From Longispora albida DSM 44784 (lineage in GTDB: Bacteria; Actinomycetota; Actinomycetes; Mycobacteriales; Micromonosporaceae): a stretch of 32,000 nt of DNA. Positions 16,297-22,785 of the stretch are shown piece by piece (positions within the stretch are counted from its first letter, which is position 1; every line of letters begins with the position of its first letter). The stretch is from the NCBI RefSeq assembly GCF_000379825.1, contig NZ_KB903834.1, positions 199,976 to 231,975 of the forward strand, in the 5' to 3' direction. The position numbers and the translations under genes are program-made. The notes beneath the pieces were generated by a model, which was not told the DNA's origin, made no database searches, and was given only the letters and a program-made list of their open reading frames with translations.

Positions 16297-16934
16297 GGCA
16301 ACGTTCCGGGCTGTTCATCGCGGAGGGCACCTCCGACTTACCGCTGGCGGATCTCGTGGAAGCGTTGTTTCTCGAACAGGGCGTGAGTGTACGGCTCAGC
16401 AAACCAGACTTCGGTCTTCTTGAGCGCAGTATCAAAAAGGATGTCAGGTCCAAGCTCGAAGCTGGCTGTCAGCTGGCCGGGCAGCCAGTCGATGTCCTGG
16501 TCGTGCACCGGGATGCCGACAACGCGGGTCCGGCACCCCGGCGGCAAGAGATCGCCGAAGCCTCCGCTCAGAGCGCTCCTGAGGCCGCCGTGATTCCCGT
16601 GGTGCCTGTCCGGATGACCGAGGCTTGGCTACTGCTCGACGAGGCAGCGATCCGCCAGGTCGCCGGTAATCCGAAGGGGCGCAGCTCACTGGGGCTTCCG
16701 AACCCGCGAGAGGCTGAACGGGTCGCCGACCCGAAGAAGCTCCTCGCGGAATGCCTTGCCGAGGCCTCCGGTGCGACAGGGCGTCGCCGCAAGCAGATGG
16801 CTGAGCGGTTCCCGCAGCACCGCCGCCAGCTCCTGGAGCGTTTGGACCCCTTCGGCCCGGTCACCCGGCTGGAGAGCTGGAAGCAGCTGGTGGCCGACGT
16901 GGAGGACATCGTGGCCAGCTGGACTGGTCGGTAA
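16293..16934 (+). CDS. small TOPRIM-like protein, probable DUF4276 family (213 aa)
   Basis: GTG at 16293 overlaps the ATPase stop (GTGA). N-terminal LFIAEGTSD (Glu) and VLVVHRDADN (DxD) give a TOPRIM-like acidic pattern. The length fits DUF4276 as I recall it. A TTA codon lies at 16338-16340. Codon usage is atypical. Confidence 0.6.
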   Translation: MRQRSGLFIAEGTSDLPLADLVEALFLEQGVSVRLSKPDFGLLERSIKKDVRSKLEAGCQLAGQPVDVLVVHRDADNAGPAPRRQEIAEASAQSAPEAAVIPVVPVRMTEAWLLLDEAAIRQVAGNPKGRSSLGLPNPREAERVADPKKLLAECLAEASGATGRRRKQMAERFPQHRRQLLERLDPFGPVTRLESWKQLVADVEDIVASWTGR

Positions 16935-16935
16935 G

Positions 16936-17670
16936 TCACTCGCTGCCGCCGCCCGAGCGGGACGGGAAGAAGGGCCGGAGCAGGCCGGCCAGTGCCTCGA
17001 TGTTGCGGGTCTGCATGAGGAGCGTGCCGGGCCCGGTGAAGGTCGCGACCAGTCCCTCTCCTGACGTCATCGAGCGGAAGATGCTCTTCGTGGCCTTGTT
17101 GATCGTGTACGGCATCGCGGCGGGCCAGGCCACCAGGTGCCCGGTGTCCACGACGTAGCGCTCGCCCGGCTGGAGCACCCGGCTGTGCAGTGCGCCGTAC
17201 GCGGTCACGAACAGCAGCCCGTTCCCCCGGATCTGGAGCACGAACATGCTCTCGCTGCTGAAGAAGGACCGCGCGCCGCCCCAGCCCGTCTCGACCTCCA
17301 GGCTGGGCTCGGCCGCGAGGTAACAGGACGCAGCCACGTTGTACGCCTCGCCGGACACGTGCAGCGGCACGATGTCACCCGGCGCGCCCGGCGCCAGCGT
17401 CAGCTCCCCCGGCCCGCCCCGCGCCGTGTACGTCGACACGAAAGCGCTCCGCCCGCCGGCCCCGCGTTTGAGCGCGCCCCACAGCCCGCCCTCCATCTGG
17501 GACTCCAGCTCGACGTTGCCGCTCATGCTGACCATCGCGCCGGCCTCGGCCTTCACCGGCTGCTCCGGGGCGAGCACGAGCGTGGCCAGCGCGAAGGCCG
17601 GGCGGTAGCCGATCTGGTAGCTGAACGCCGGGGTCTGGCCGGCGTCGGGAAGCACGCGAAGCTCGGTCAT
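16936..17670 (-). CDS. AIM24 / TIGR00266 (DUF124) family protein
   Basis: 244 aa. AEAGAMVSMSGNVELESQMEGG...GEGLVATFTGPGTLLMQTRN is typical of the family. It lies 18 nt downstream of dapC on the same strand. Its stop is 1 nt from the convergent stop at 16934. Confidence 0.75.
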   Translation of the reverse strand: MTELRVLPDAGQTPAFSYQIGYRPAFALATLVLAPEQPVKAEAGAMVSMSGNVELESQMEGGLWGALKRGAGGRSAFVSTYTARGGPGELTLAPGAPGDIVPLHVSGEAYNVAASCYLAAEPSLEVETGWGGARSFFSSESMFVLQIRGNGLLFVTAYGALHSRVLQPGERYVVDTGHLVAWPAAMPYTINKATKSIFRSMTSGEGLVATFTGPGTLLMQTRNIEALAGLLRPFFPSRSGGGSE

Positions 17671-17688
17671 GCCCCGAGCGTAGACCGG

Positions 17689-18774
17689 TTAAGGGGCCCT
17701 CAGGCGCTCAACAGCGGCAGCGACGGCCTGATCGGAGCCGGTCAGTGCCACCCGCACGTACTCGGCGCCGGCCGGGCCGTAGAACGCGCCGGGTGAGACG
17801 ACGATGCCGCGGCTCGCGAGCCAGTCCACGGTCACCCAGCAGTCCTCGCCGCGGGTCGCCCACAGGTACAGGCCGGCCTCGGAGTGCTCGATCCGGAACC
17901 CTGCGGCCTCCAGGGCGGGCTTGAGCAGGTCGCGGCGGGCCGAGTACAGGCCGCGCTGGGCGGTCACGTGCTCGGTGTCGGCCAGCGCCGCCGTCATCGC
18001 CGCCTGCACGGGGCCGGGCACGATCATGCCGGCGTGCTTGCGGACGGCCAGCAGTTCCTTCACGAGGGCCGGATCGCCGGCCACGAAGCCGCCCCGGTAC
18101 CCGGCGAGGTTCGACCGCTTGGACAGCGAGTGCACGGCGAGCACGCCGGTGTAGTCGCCGTCGCAGACCGAGAGGATCGAGACCGGCTCGGTGTCCCAGC
18201 CGAGTTCGAGGTAGCACTCGTCGCTGACCACGATCGTGCCGGAGGCACGCGCCCAGTCCAGCACCTTGCGCAGGTGTGCCTCGGGCAGCACCCGGCCGGT
18301 GGGGTTGGACGGCGAGTTCAGCCAGATCATGGCGACCCTGGCCGGGCCGAGCGCGGTGAGCGAGTCGGAACGGACCAGCTCGCAGCCTGCCAGCCGGGCG
18401 CCGACCTCGTACGTCGGGTACGCCAGCTCGGGGATCACGATCGTGTCGCCGGGGCCGAGGCCGAGCAGCGTCGGCAGCCAGGCCACCAGCTCCTTGGAGC
18501 CGATCGTGGGCAGTACGTCGAAGCCGTCGGCCGCGCCGCACCGCTCGCGCACCCAGTCGGTGACGGTGGCACGCAGTACGGCGGAACCGGTGGTCAGGGG
18601 ATAGCCCGGCACATCACCGGCGGCGGCAAGCGCAGCCTGCACCGTGGCGGGAACGGGGTCCACTGGAGTACCCATGGACAGCTCGATCACGCCACCGGGA
18701 TGTGCCCGGGCCTTCTCCAGATAGGGAGCCAGGACGTCCCAGGGGAAGTCCGGCAGCCGGGCGGAGACGCTCAG
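17689..18774 (-). CDS. dapC: succinyldiaminopimelate transaminase (class I aminotransferase)
   Basis: Aminotransferase motifs LSVGTPVDP-like ([12 protein letters not shown]), [10 protein letters not shown] and [15 protein letters not shown] (PLP Lys). The first ATG/GTG/TTG in frame is GTG at 18690. The conserved N-terminus [15 protein letters not shown] is encoded upstream of it, so the proposed start is CTG at 18774. The start is uncertain. Confidence 0.75.
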   Translation of the reverse strand: MSVSARLPDFPWDVLAPYLEKARAHPGGVIELSMGTPVDPVPATVQAALAAAGDVPGYPLTTGSAVLRATVTDWVRERCGAADGFDVLPTIGSKELVAWLPTLLGLGPGDTIVIPELAYPTYEVGARLAGCELVRSDSLTALGPARVAMIWLNSPSNPTGRVLPEAHLRKVLDWARASGTIVVSDECYLELGWDTEPVSILSVCDGDYTGVLAVHSLSKRSNLAGYRGGFVAGDPALVKELLAVRKHAGMIVPGPVQAAMTAALADTEHVTAQRGLYSARRDLLKPALEAAGFRIEHSEAGLYLWATRGEDCWVTVDWLASRGIVVSPGAFYGPAGAEYVRVALTGSDQAVAAAVERLRAP

Positions 18775-19097
18775 TGCTTCGCCTCGGCCGGCGGCAGCGC
18801 CGCCACGAACGGGGCGTCGGCGTCGATCTTGCCGCTCTTGGACGCGCCACCCGGGGAACCGAGGTCGTCGAAGAACCGGTAGTTCGCGTCGGTGAAGTCC
18901 TTCCAGTTCTCCGGGACGTCGTCCTCGTAGAAGATGGCTTCGACCGGGCAGACCGGCTCACAGGCACCGCAGTCCACGCACTCGTCAGGGTGGATGTACA
19001 GCATGCGGTTGCCCTCGTAGATGCAGTCAACAGGGCACTCTTCGATGCACGCCTTGTCCAGCACGTCCACACACGGCTCGGCAATGATGTACGTCAC
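18771..19097 (-). CDS. fdxA: 7Fe ferredoxin
   Basis: 108 aa. [26 protein letters not shown]...[16 protein letters not shown] carries the [3Fe-4S][4Fe-4S] ferredoxin cysteine pattern. GTG start with GGAGAGGA upstream. Confidence 0.9.
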   Translation of the reverse strand: MTYIIAEPCVDVLDKACIEECPVDCIYEGNRMLYIHPDECVDCGACEPVCPVEAIFYEDDVPENWKDFTDANYRFFDDLGSPGGASKSGKIDADAPFVAALPPAEAKH

Positions 19098-19186
19098 GGC
19101 ATTCCTCTCCGCACTGAATCCAGGCTATACCCGCCAGCGAGTAAGCCTAAGGTGTCCCCGGCGTGCAATCCACCGGGAGGGGCACC

Positions 19187-20104
19187 GTGCTTGTGAAAGA
19201 CCAGATCGGGCGGAGGGTGGTTATTCGCCGCAGGCTGCCAGACCAGCATCTTACGGATGTGGTCGGCGTCCTCCGAGCCCTGGGTGAGATGGATCTCATC
19301 GTTGCCACGGACAAGGGGGAGGTCACCATCCGGTACGCCGACATCGTCGCGGCGAAGGAGGTGCCGCCCCGGCCGGTGAAGTACTCAGAGATCGCTGCCC
19401 TGGAGCGGGCCGCGGTGGGCGGCTGGCCGCCGGTGGAGACGGCCGCGCTGGGCGACTGGGTGCTGCGAGCTGGCGGGGGCTGGACCAACCGGGCCAACAC
19501 CGCGCTGCCGATCGGCGACCCGTGCGTGTCCCTTGAGGAGGGTGTGGCGACCGTCGTTTCCTGGTACAAGGAAAGGGGTTTGCAGCCGAGGTTCGCCGTG
19601 CCGCTGCCGCTCGCGCGTGGCGTGGCACGGGTCCTGGAGGCACAGGGCTGGGAGAGTTACTTTCCGACGACAGTGATGGTCTCCGATCTCTCCTTCGCCG
19701 CCGAGGACAGCGACGTGGTCCTGGCGGACGAGCCGGACGAGGCCTGGCTGCGGATGATGGCGGGGCAGAAGGGCGAGCTGCCACCCATCGCCCGGAGCAT
19801 CCTCACCGGGCCGGAGATGGTCACATTCGCTTCCCTGTACTGCGGCGGCGAACTCGCCGCGATCGGCCGGTGCGCGGTGGCTGACGGCTGGGCGGGCTTC
19901 GCTCTCGTGCAGACCAGCCTGCCGTACCGGGGTCAGGGGCTGGCCCGGAAGGTCATGGGCGCGCTGGCAGCCTGGGCGCGCGCAGCCGGGGCGGGACGCG
20001 GCTATTTGCAGGTCGAAGAAGCGAATGAGCCCGCTATCTCCCTGTACACCCGGCTGGGCTTTGCGCGGCACCATGGCTACGTTCATTATCGTTTGACTGA
20101 TTAG
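19187..20104 (+). CDS. GNAT family N-acetyltransferase
   Basis: C-terminal acetyl-CoA motif YRGQGLARKVMGALAAWARAAG...ANEPAISLYTRLGF. I prefer GTG at 19187, 6 nt after GGGAGG at 19175-19180. The ORF-track start is GTG at 19163. Confidence 0.7.
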   Translation: MLVKDQIGRRVVIRRRLPDQHLTDVVGVLRALGEMDLIVATDKGEVTIRYADIVAAKEVPPRPVKYSEIAALERAAVGGWPPVETAALGDWVLRAGGGWTNRANTALPIGDPCVSLEEGVATVVSWYKERGLQPRFAVPLPLARGVARVLEAQGWESYFPTTVMVSDLSFAAEDSDVVLADEPDEAWLRMMAGQKGELPPIARSILTGPEMVTFASLYCGGELAAIGRCAVADGWAGFALVQTSLPYRGQGLARKVMGALAAWARAAGAGRGYLQVEEANEPAISLYTRLGFARHHGYVHYRLTD

Positions 20105-20119
20105 TACTATATTGGGGCG

Positions 20120-20869
20120 GTGATCGCCGCCGCGCTGCTGAGCATGTTCCTCGCCGCCCCGCTCGCCCCTCCCGCCGTCTCCCCCGTCGACCAGCATCCC
20201 GTCGACGGGGTCGACGTCGCGAGCTGGCAGCACCCGCAGGGCGCGGCGATCAGGTGGCCGGACGTGGCGAACTCCGGCGTCGACTTCGCGACCGTGAAGG
20301 CCACCGAGGACAACGACTACGTCAACCCGTACTTCCGGTCCGACATGGACGGTGCGCGGGCCGCGGGGCTGCCGGTCGCGCCGTACCACTTCTACCTGGC
20401 CAGGGCCGCCGACACGGGCACAGCGCAGGCCGAGCACTTCGTCGCGACGGTGCGGGAGGCCGGGTACACGGGCAAGCGCCAGCTCGACCTGCCGCCCGTC
20501 CTCGACCTCGAATGGGACTGGAAGACGAACCAGTGCCCGGCCCAGATCTCCGTCACCGACGTGAAGGCGTGGCTGGACACCGTCGAACGCGCCTTCGGCC
20601 GCAAACCCGTGATCTACACCAACCGGTACTTCATGCTCGACTGCATGGGCGGCACCAAGGCCCTCGGCGGGTACCCGCTGCAGATCGCCCACTACGGCCA
20701 GACCCCGCCGCAGGCGCTGCCGCCGGGCTGGGACACCTGGCACATGTGGCAATGGACGGCGCAGAGCGCGGTACCAGGCATCCAGGGCAAGGTCACGCAC
20801 TCCGTGTTCCACGGGACGGCCGGAGCGCTCCGCGAACTCGCCGGGCTGGCCAGGCGCGGCTACGAATGA
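20120..20869 (+). CDS. secreted glycoside hydrolase family 25 muramidase (lysozyme)
   Basis: Signal-like N-terminus MIAAALLSMFLAAPLAPPAVS. GH25 motifs GVDVASWQH, DFATVKATE and YHFY. TATATT (20108-20113) lies 6 nt upstream of the GTG, a possible leaderless promoter. Confidence 0.8.
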   Translation: MIAAALLSMFLAAPLAPPAVSPVDQHPVDGVDVASWQHPQGAAIRWPDVANSGVDFATVKATEDNDYVNPYFRSDMDGARAAGLPVAPYHFYLARAADTGTAQAEHFVATVREAGYTGKRQLDLPPVLDLEWDWKTNQCPAQISVTDVKAWLDTVERAFGRKPVIYTNRYFMLDCMGGTKALGGYPLQIAHYGQTPPQALPPGWDTWHMWQWTAQSAVPGIQGKVTHSVFHGTAGALRELAGLARRGYE

Positions 20870-20908
20870 GGGTTACCACTCCGGCCCGATGGATGGTATG
20901 AATCCCCG

Positions 20909-21373
20909 ATGAAGCAACGGTGGATGCCCGTCGCCGCTGTGGCCGGGCTGCTCTTCGTGATCAACGCGGCCAGCCGGCTGACGGTCAAGCTCGGCGAGAT
21001 CACCGAGATCTCCGGCCAGGACCGGGTCGCCATGATCAGTTTCGTGGCGGTCGCGCTGGCGTGTGCGGCGGCCGGAGCCTGGTGGACCATGCGGTACCCG
21101 ATGATCCGGCTCGCGGCCGACCTGCTGGTCGCGATCACGGCTGGCTGCCTGCTGTCCGTGTTCGCCGGGCCGCTGCTGACCGGCTCCCAGCCGTTCAGCT
21201 CCGGCCTCGGCTTCCTCATCGGACAGACCCTCCAGTACCTGGCGGTGGCCGGGCTGGGCACGGGCCTGGGCATCCTCGCCGTCATCGCCTTCGGCCAGGA
21301 CTGGAAGGCGAAGGCGTGGAAGCGCCACGAGGCCGAGATGCGCGACCGCCGTACCAGATCAAAAAGATCTTGA
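20909..21373 (+). CDS. integral membrane protein (about 4 TM) with a highly basic C-terminal tail
   Basis: 154 aa. Hydrophobic helices VAAVAGLLFVINAA, MISFVAVALACAAAGAWW, LLVAITAGCLLSVFAG and LAVAGLGTGLGILAVIAF. Tail KAKAWKRHEAEMRDRRTRSKRS. Confidence 0.55.
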   Translation: MKQRWMPVAAVAGLLFVINAASRLTVKLGEITEISGQDRVAMISFVAVALACAAAGAWWTMRYPMIRLAADLLVAITAGCLLSVFAGPLLTGSQPFSSGLGFLIGQTLQYLAVAGLGTGLGILAVIAFGQDWKAKAWKRHEAEMRDRRTRSKRS

Positions 21374-21395
21374 TCCTGATCATTTGATCTTGATC
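21357..21395. repeat. AT-rich cluster of six GATC sites containing a 20-bp-phased GATCTTGATC direct repeat
   Basis: GATC occurs at 21357, 21366, 21372, 21378, 21386 and 21392. GATCTTGATC occurs at 21366-21375 and 21386-21395. TGATCA palindrome at 21377-21382. Confidence 0.6.
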
Positions 21396-21406
21396 TAAGG
21401 CGAGGT

Positions 21407-21506
21407 GGCCCGCTGAGCGGAAATCTGACAAGCGAAACGAAAGCCCGTGTACTGGGTTGTACACGGGCTTTTGTTTCGCGCAGCTCAGATTTTCGCTCAG
21501 CGGGCC
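21407..21506 (+). repeat. 100-nt nested inverted repeat (22-bp outer stem plus 21-bp inner stem) between convergent genes; probable structured RNA or bidirectional terminator
   Basis: Outer stem 21407-21428 pairs with 21485-21506. Inner stem 21432-21452 pairs with 21459-21479 around the loop TGGGTT. The only two non-Watson-Crick positions are G-T, which are G-U only on the plus-strand transcript. Confidence 0.6.
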
Positions 21507-21907
21507 GGCACCACCAAGACGCGGTAGGCGCCGATTCCGGCTGCTATCGAGCCGAAGAACAGGAACGCCAGGGACACCCAGTTGTCCCCGTACACGATGT
21601 CGTTCTCGGCGGTCGGCCACAGCCAGAAGCCCGCGCCGGCCAGCCAGAACGCCGCAGGGAGCGCCGCCCAGCCACTCCGGGTCAGCTGGTGGGCGACGCG
21701 GCACAGGTACGGCGTGATGACGACGGCGGCGGCGATCGACACCGGCACCAGCCAGCCGGCCACCCGGAACGGCGTGAAGAACACCTCCACGACCGCCGAG
21801 GCCGCCGCCGCGAAGCAGGCGAGGAAGATGATCACGGCCACGTACCAGGCGGGCTCCCGCTCGTCTGGTACGACGTCCTGGCTGTGGTCGTGGAAGGTCA
21901 GGCTCAC
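21497..21907 (-). CDS. small integral membrane protein co-transcribed with mshB (136 aa)
   Basis: GTG at 21907 overlaps the mshB stop (GTGA). Four hydrophobic helices ([37 protein letters not shown], ...). The upstream part of the ORF-track entry (to 22546) overlaps mshB out of frame and is rejected. Confidence 0.6.
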   Translation of the reverse strand: MSLTFHDHSQDVVPDEREPAWYVAVIIFLACFAAAASAVVEVFFTPFRVAGWLVPVSIAAAVVITPYLCRVAHQLTRSGWAALPAAFWLAGAGFWLWPTAENDIVYGDNWVSLAFLFFGSIAAGIGAYRVLVVPAR

Positions 21908-22767
21908 CCGGAAAGGGTAACGCCGGCGAAGAGGTCGGACTCCCAGCCGTACGGGCCGACGCCCGGCCCCTTGGTGCCCTCGGCGAGCGTGTAGTACTCC
22001 ACGCCCATCATCTCCTCGCCGAAGCCGCCGGCCAGCGTGAACAGCCAGGACGTCGGCGGGATCTGTGTGGCGTGCGCGCGGAGGGAAGCGAGCTTCTGTT
22101 CGCCGTACGCCGTGGCCTCGATCCGGGCGGCGATCTCCTCGTCCGGCGTGCCGAACGGCAGGTCGTCGACGCTCTCCACGCCCGCGAACGGGTTGTCGGA
22201 GGACCCGGCGAACTCGGCGAGCCCAGCGGCCATCACGCTCTTCGGCACGGCCGTCCAGTACACCTTCTGCGGGGCGGCGTCCCCGGCCAGCTCGCAGGCG
22301 CGCATCGCGACCCGGTGGGCCTGGATGTGGTCGGGGTGGCCGTAGAACCCGTTCGGGTCGTAGGTGACCAGGACCTGTGGCCGGGTCTCCTCGAACACCT
22401 TGACCAGGTGTTTGGCCGCCTCGTCGAGGTCGGCGCCCCAGAAGGCCCTCGGGTGGTTGTTCGGCTCGGTGCCCATCATCCCGGAGTCGCGGTAGCGGCC
22501 GGCCCCGCCCAGGAAGCGGTGGTCGGACACGCCGAGAGCCTGGCACGCCGCCGCCAGCTCGGCGATCCGGTATCCGCCCAGCTGGTCGGCCTCCGCGGCC
22601 AGCAGCCCGGACAGCTCCGGAACGTGGATCTCGCCCTCTTCACCGAGGGTGCAGGTCACCAGGGTCACCTGGGCGCCCTCGGCGGCGTAGCGGGCCATCG
22701 TGGCCCCCGTGCCGATGGCTTCGTCGTCGGGGTGTGCGTGCACGAATACGATGCTGCGGGAGGTCAC
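21904..22767 (-). CDS. mshB: N-acetyl-1-D-myo-inositol-2-amino-2-deoxy-alpha-D-glucopyranoside deacetylase (LmbE family)
   Basis: 287 aa. [27 protein letters not shown]. The size and context fit MshB. The Mca paralogue cannot be fully excluded. Confidence 0.8.
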   Translation of the reverse strand: MTSRSIVFVHAHPDDEAIGTGATMARYAAEGAQVTLVTCTLGEEGEIHVPELSGLLAAEADQLGGYRIAELAAACQALGVSDHRFLGGAGRYRDSGMMGTEPNNHPRAFWGADLDEAAKHLVKVFEETRPQVLVTYDPNGFYGHPDHIQAHRVAMRACELAGDAAPQKVYWTAVPKSVMAAGLAEFAGSSDNPFAGVESVDDLPFGTPDEEIAARIEATAYGEQKLASLRAHATQIPPTSWLFTLAGGFGEEMMGVEYYTLAEGTKGPGVGPYGWESDLFAGVTLSG

Positions 22768-22785
22768 TCGGCTACTTTAGACCGT
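22768..22785. promoter_or_regulatory. 18-bp mshB / S9-homologue divergent intergenic region with overlapping -10-like boxes (TACTTTA core)
   Basis: Plus strand: TACTTT (22773-22778), 7 nt, then ATG at 22786. Minus strand: TAAAGT (22779-22774), 6 nt, then GTG of mshB at 22767. There is no SD on either side. Confidence 0.45.

Noticed and set aside
11640-16934. Prophage or integrative-element interpretation of the island.
   Set aside because: I saw no integrase, recombinase, transposase or tRNA attachment site, and no direct repeats flanking the whole island. Only the small palindromic element at the left edge is present.
20093-20113. TTGACT (20093-98) plus TATATT (20108-13) as a canonical -35/-10 promoter for the GH25 gene.
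   Set aside because: The spacing between the hexamers is only 9 nt, far from the 16-18 nt optimum. I retained only the -10-like box, 6 nt upstream of the GTG, as a weak leaderless-promoter hint.
22072-22785. 5' extensions of real genes in the ORF track: 22072-22785 of the S9 ORF, 8897-9502 of the short LOG, 27687-27782 of the permease, 29597-29935 of the SBP, 30712-31134 of the first permease and 15891-16292 of the TOPRIM-like gene.
   Set aside because: The extensions overlap neighbouring well-supported genes or promoter regions and translate to non-conserved Arg/Pro-rich sequence. Internal starts have an SD, or coupled ATGA/GTGA geometry, and canonical N-termini.
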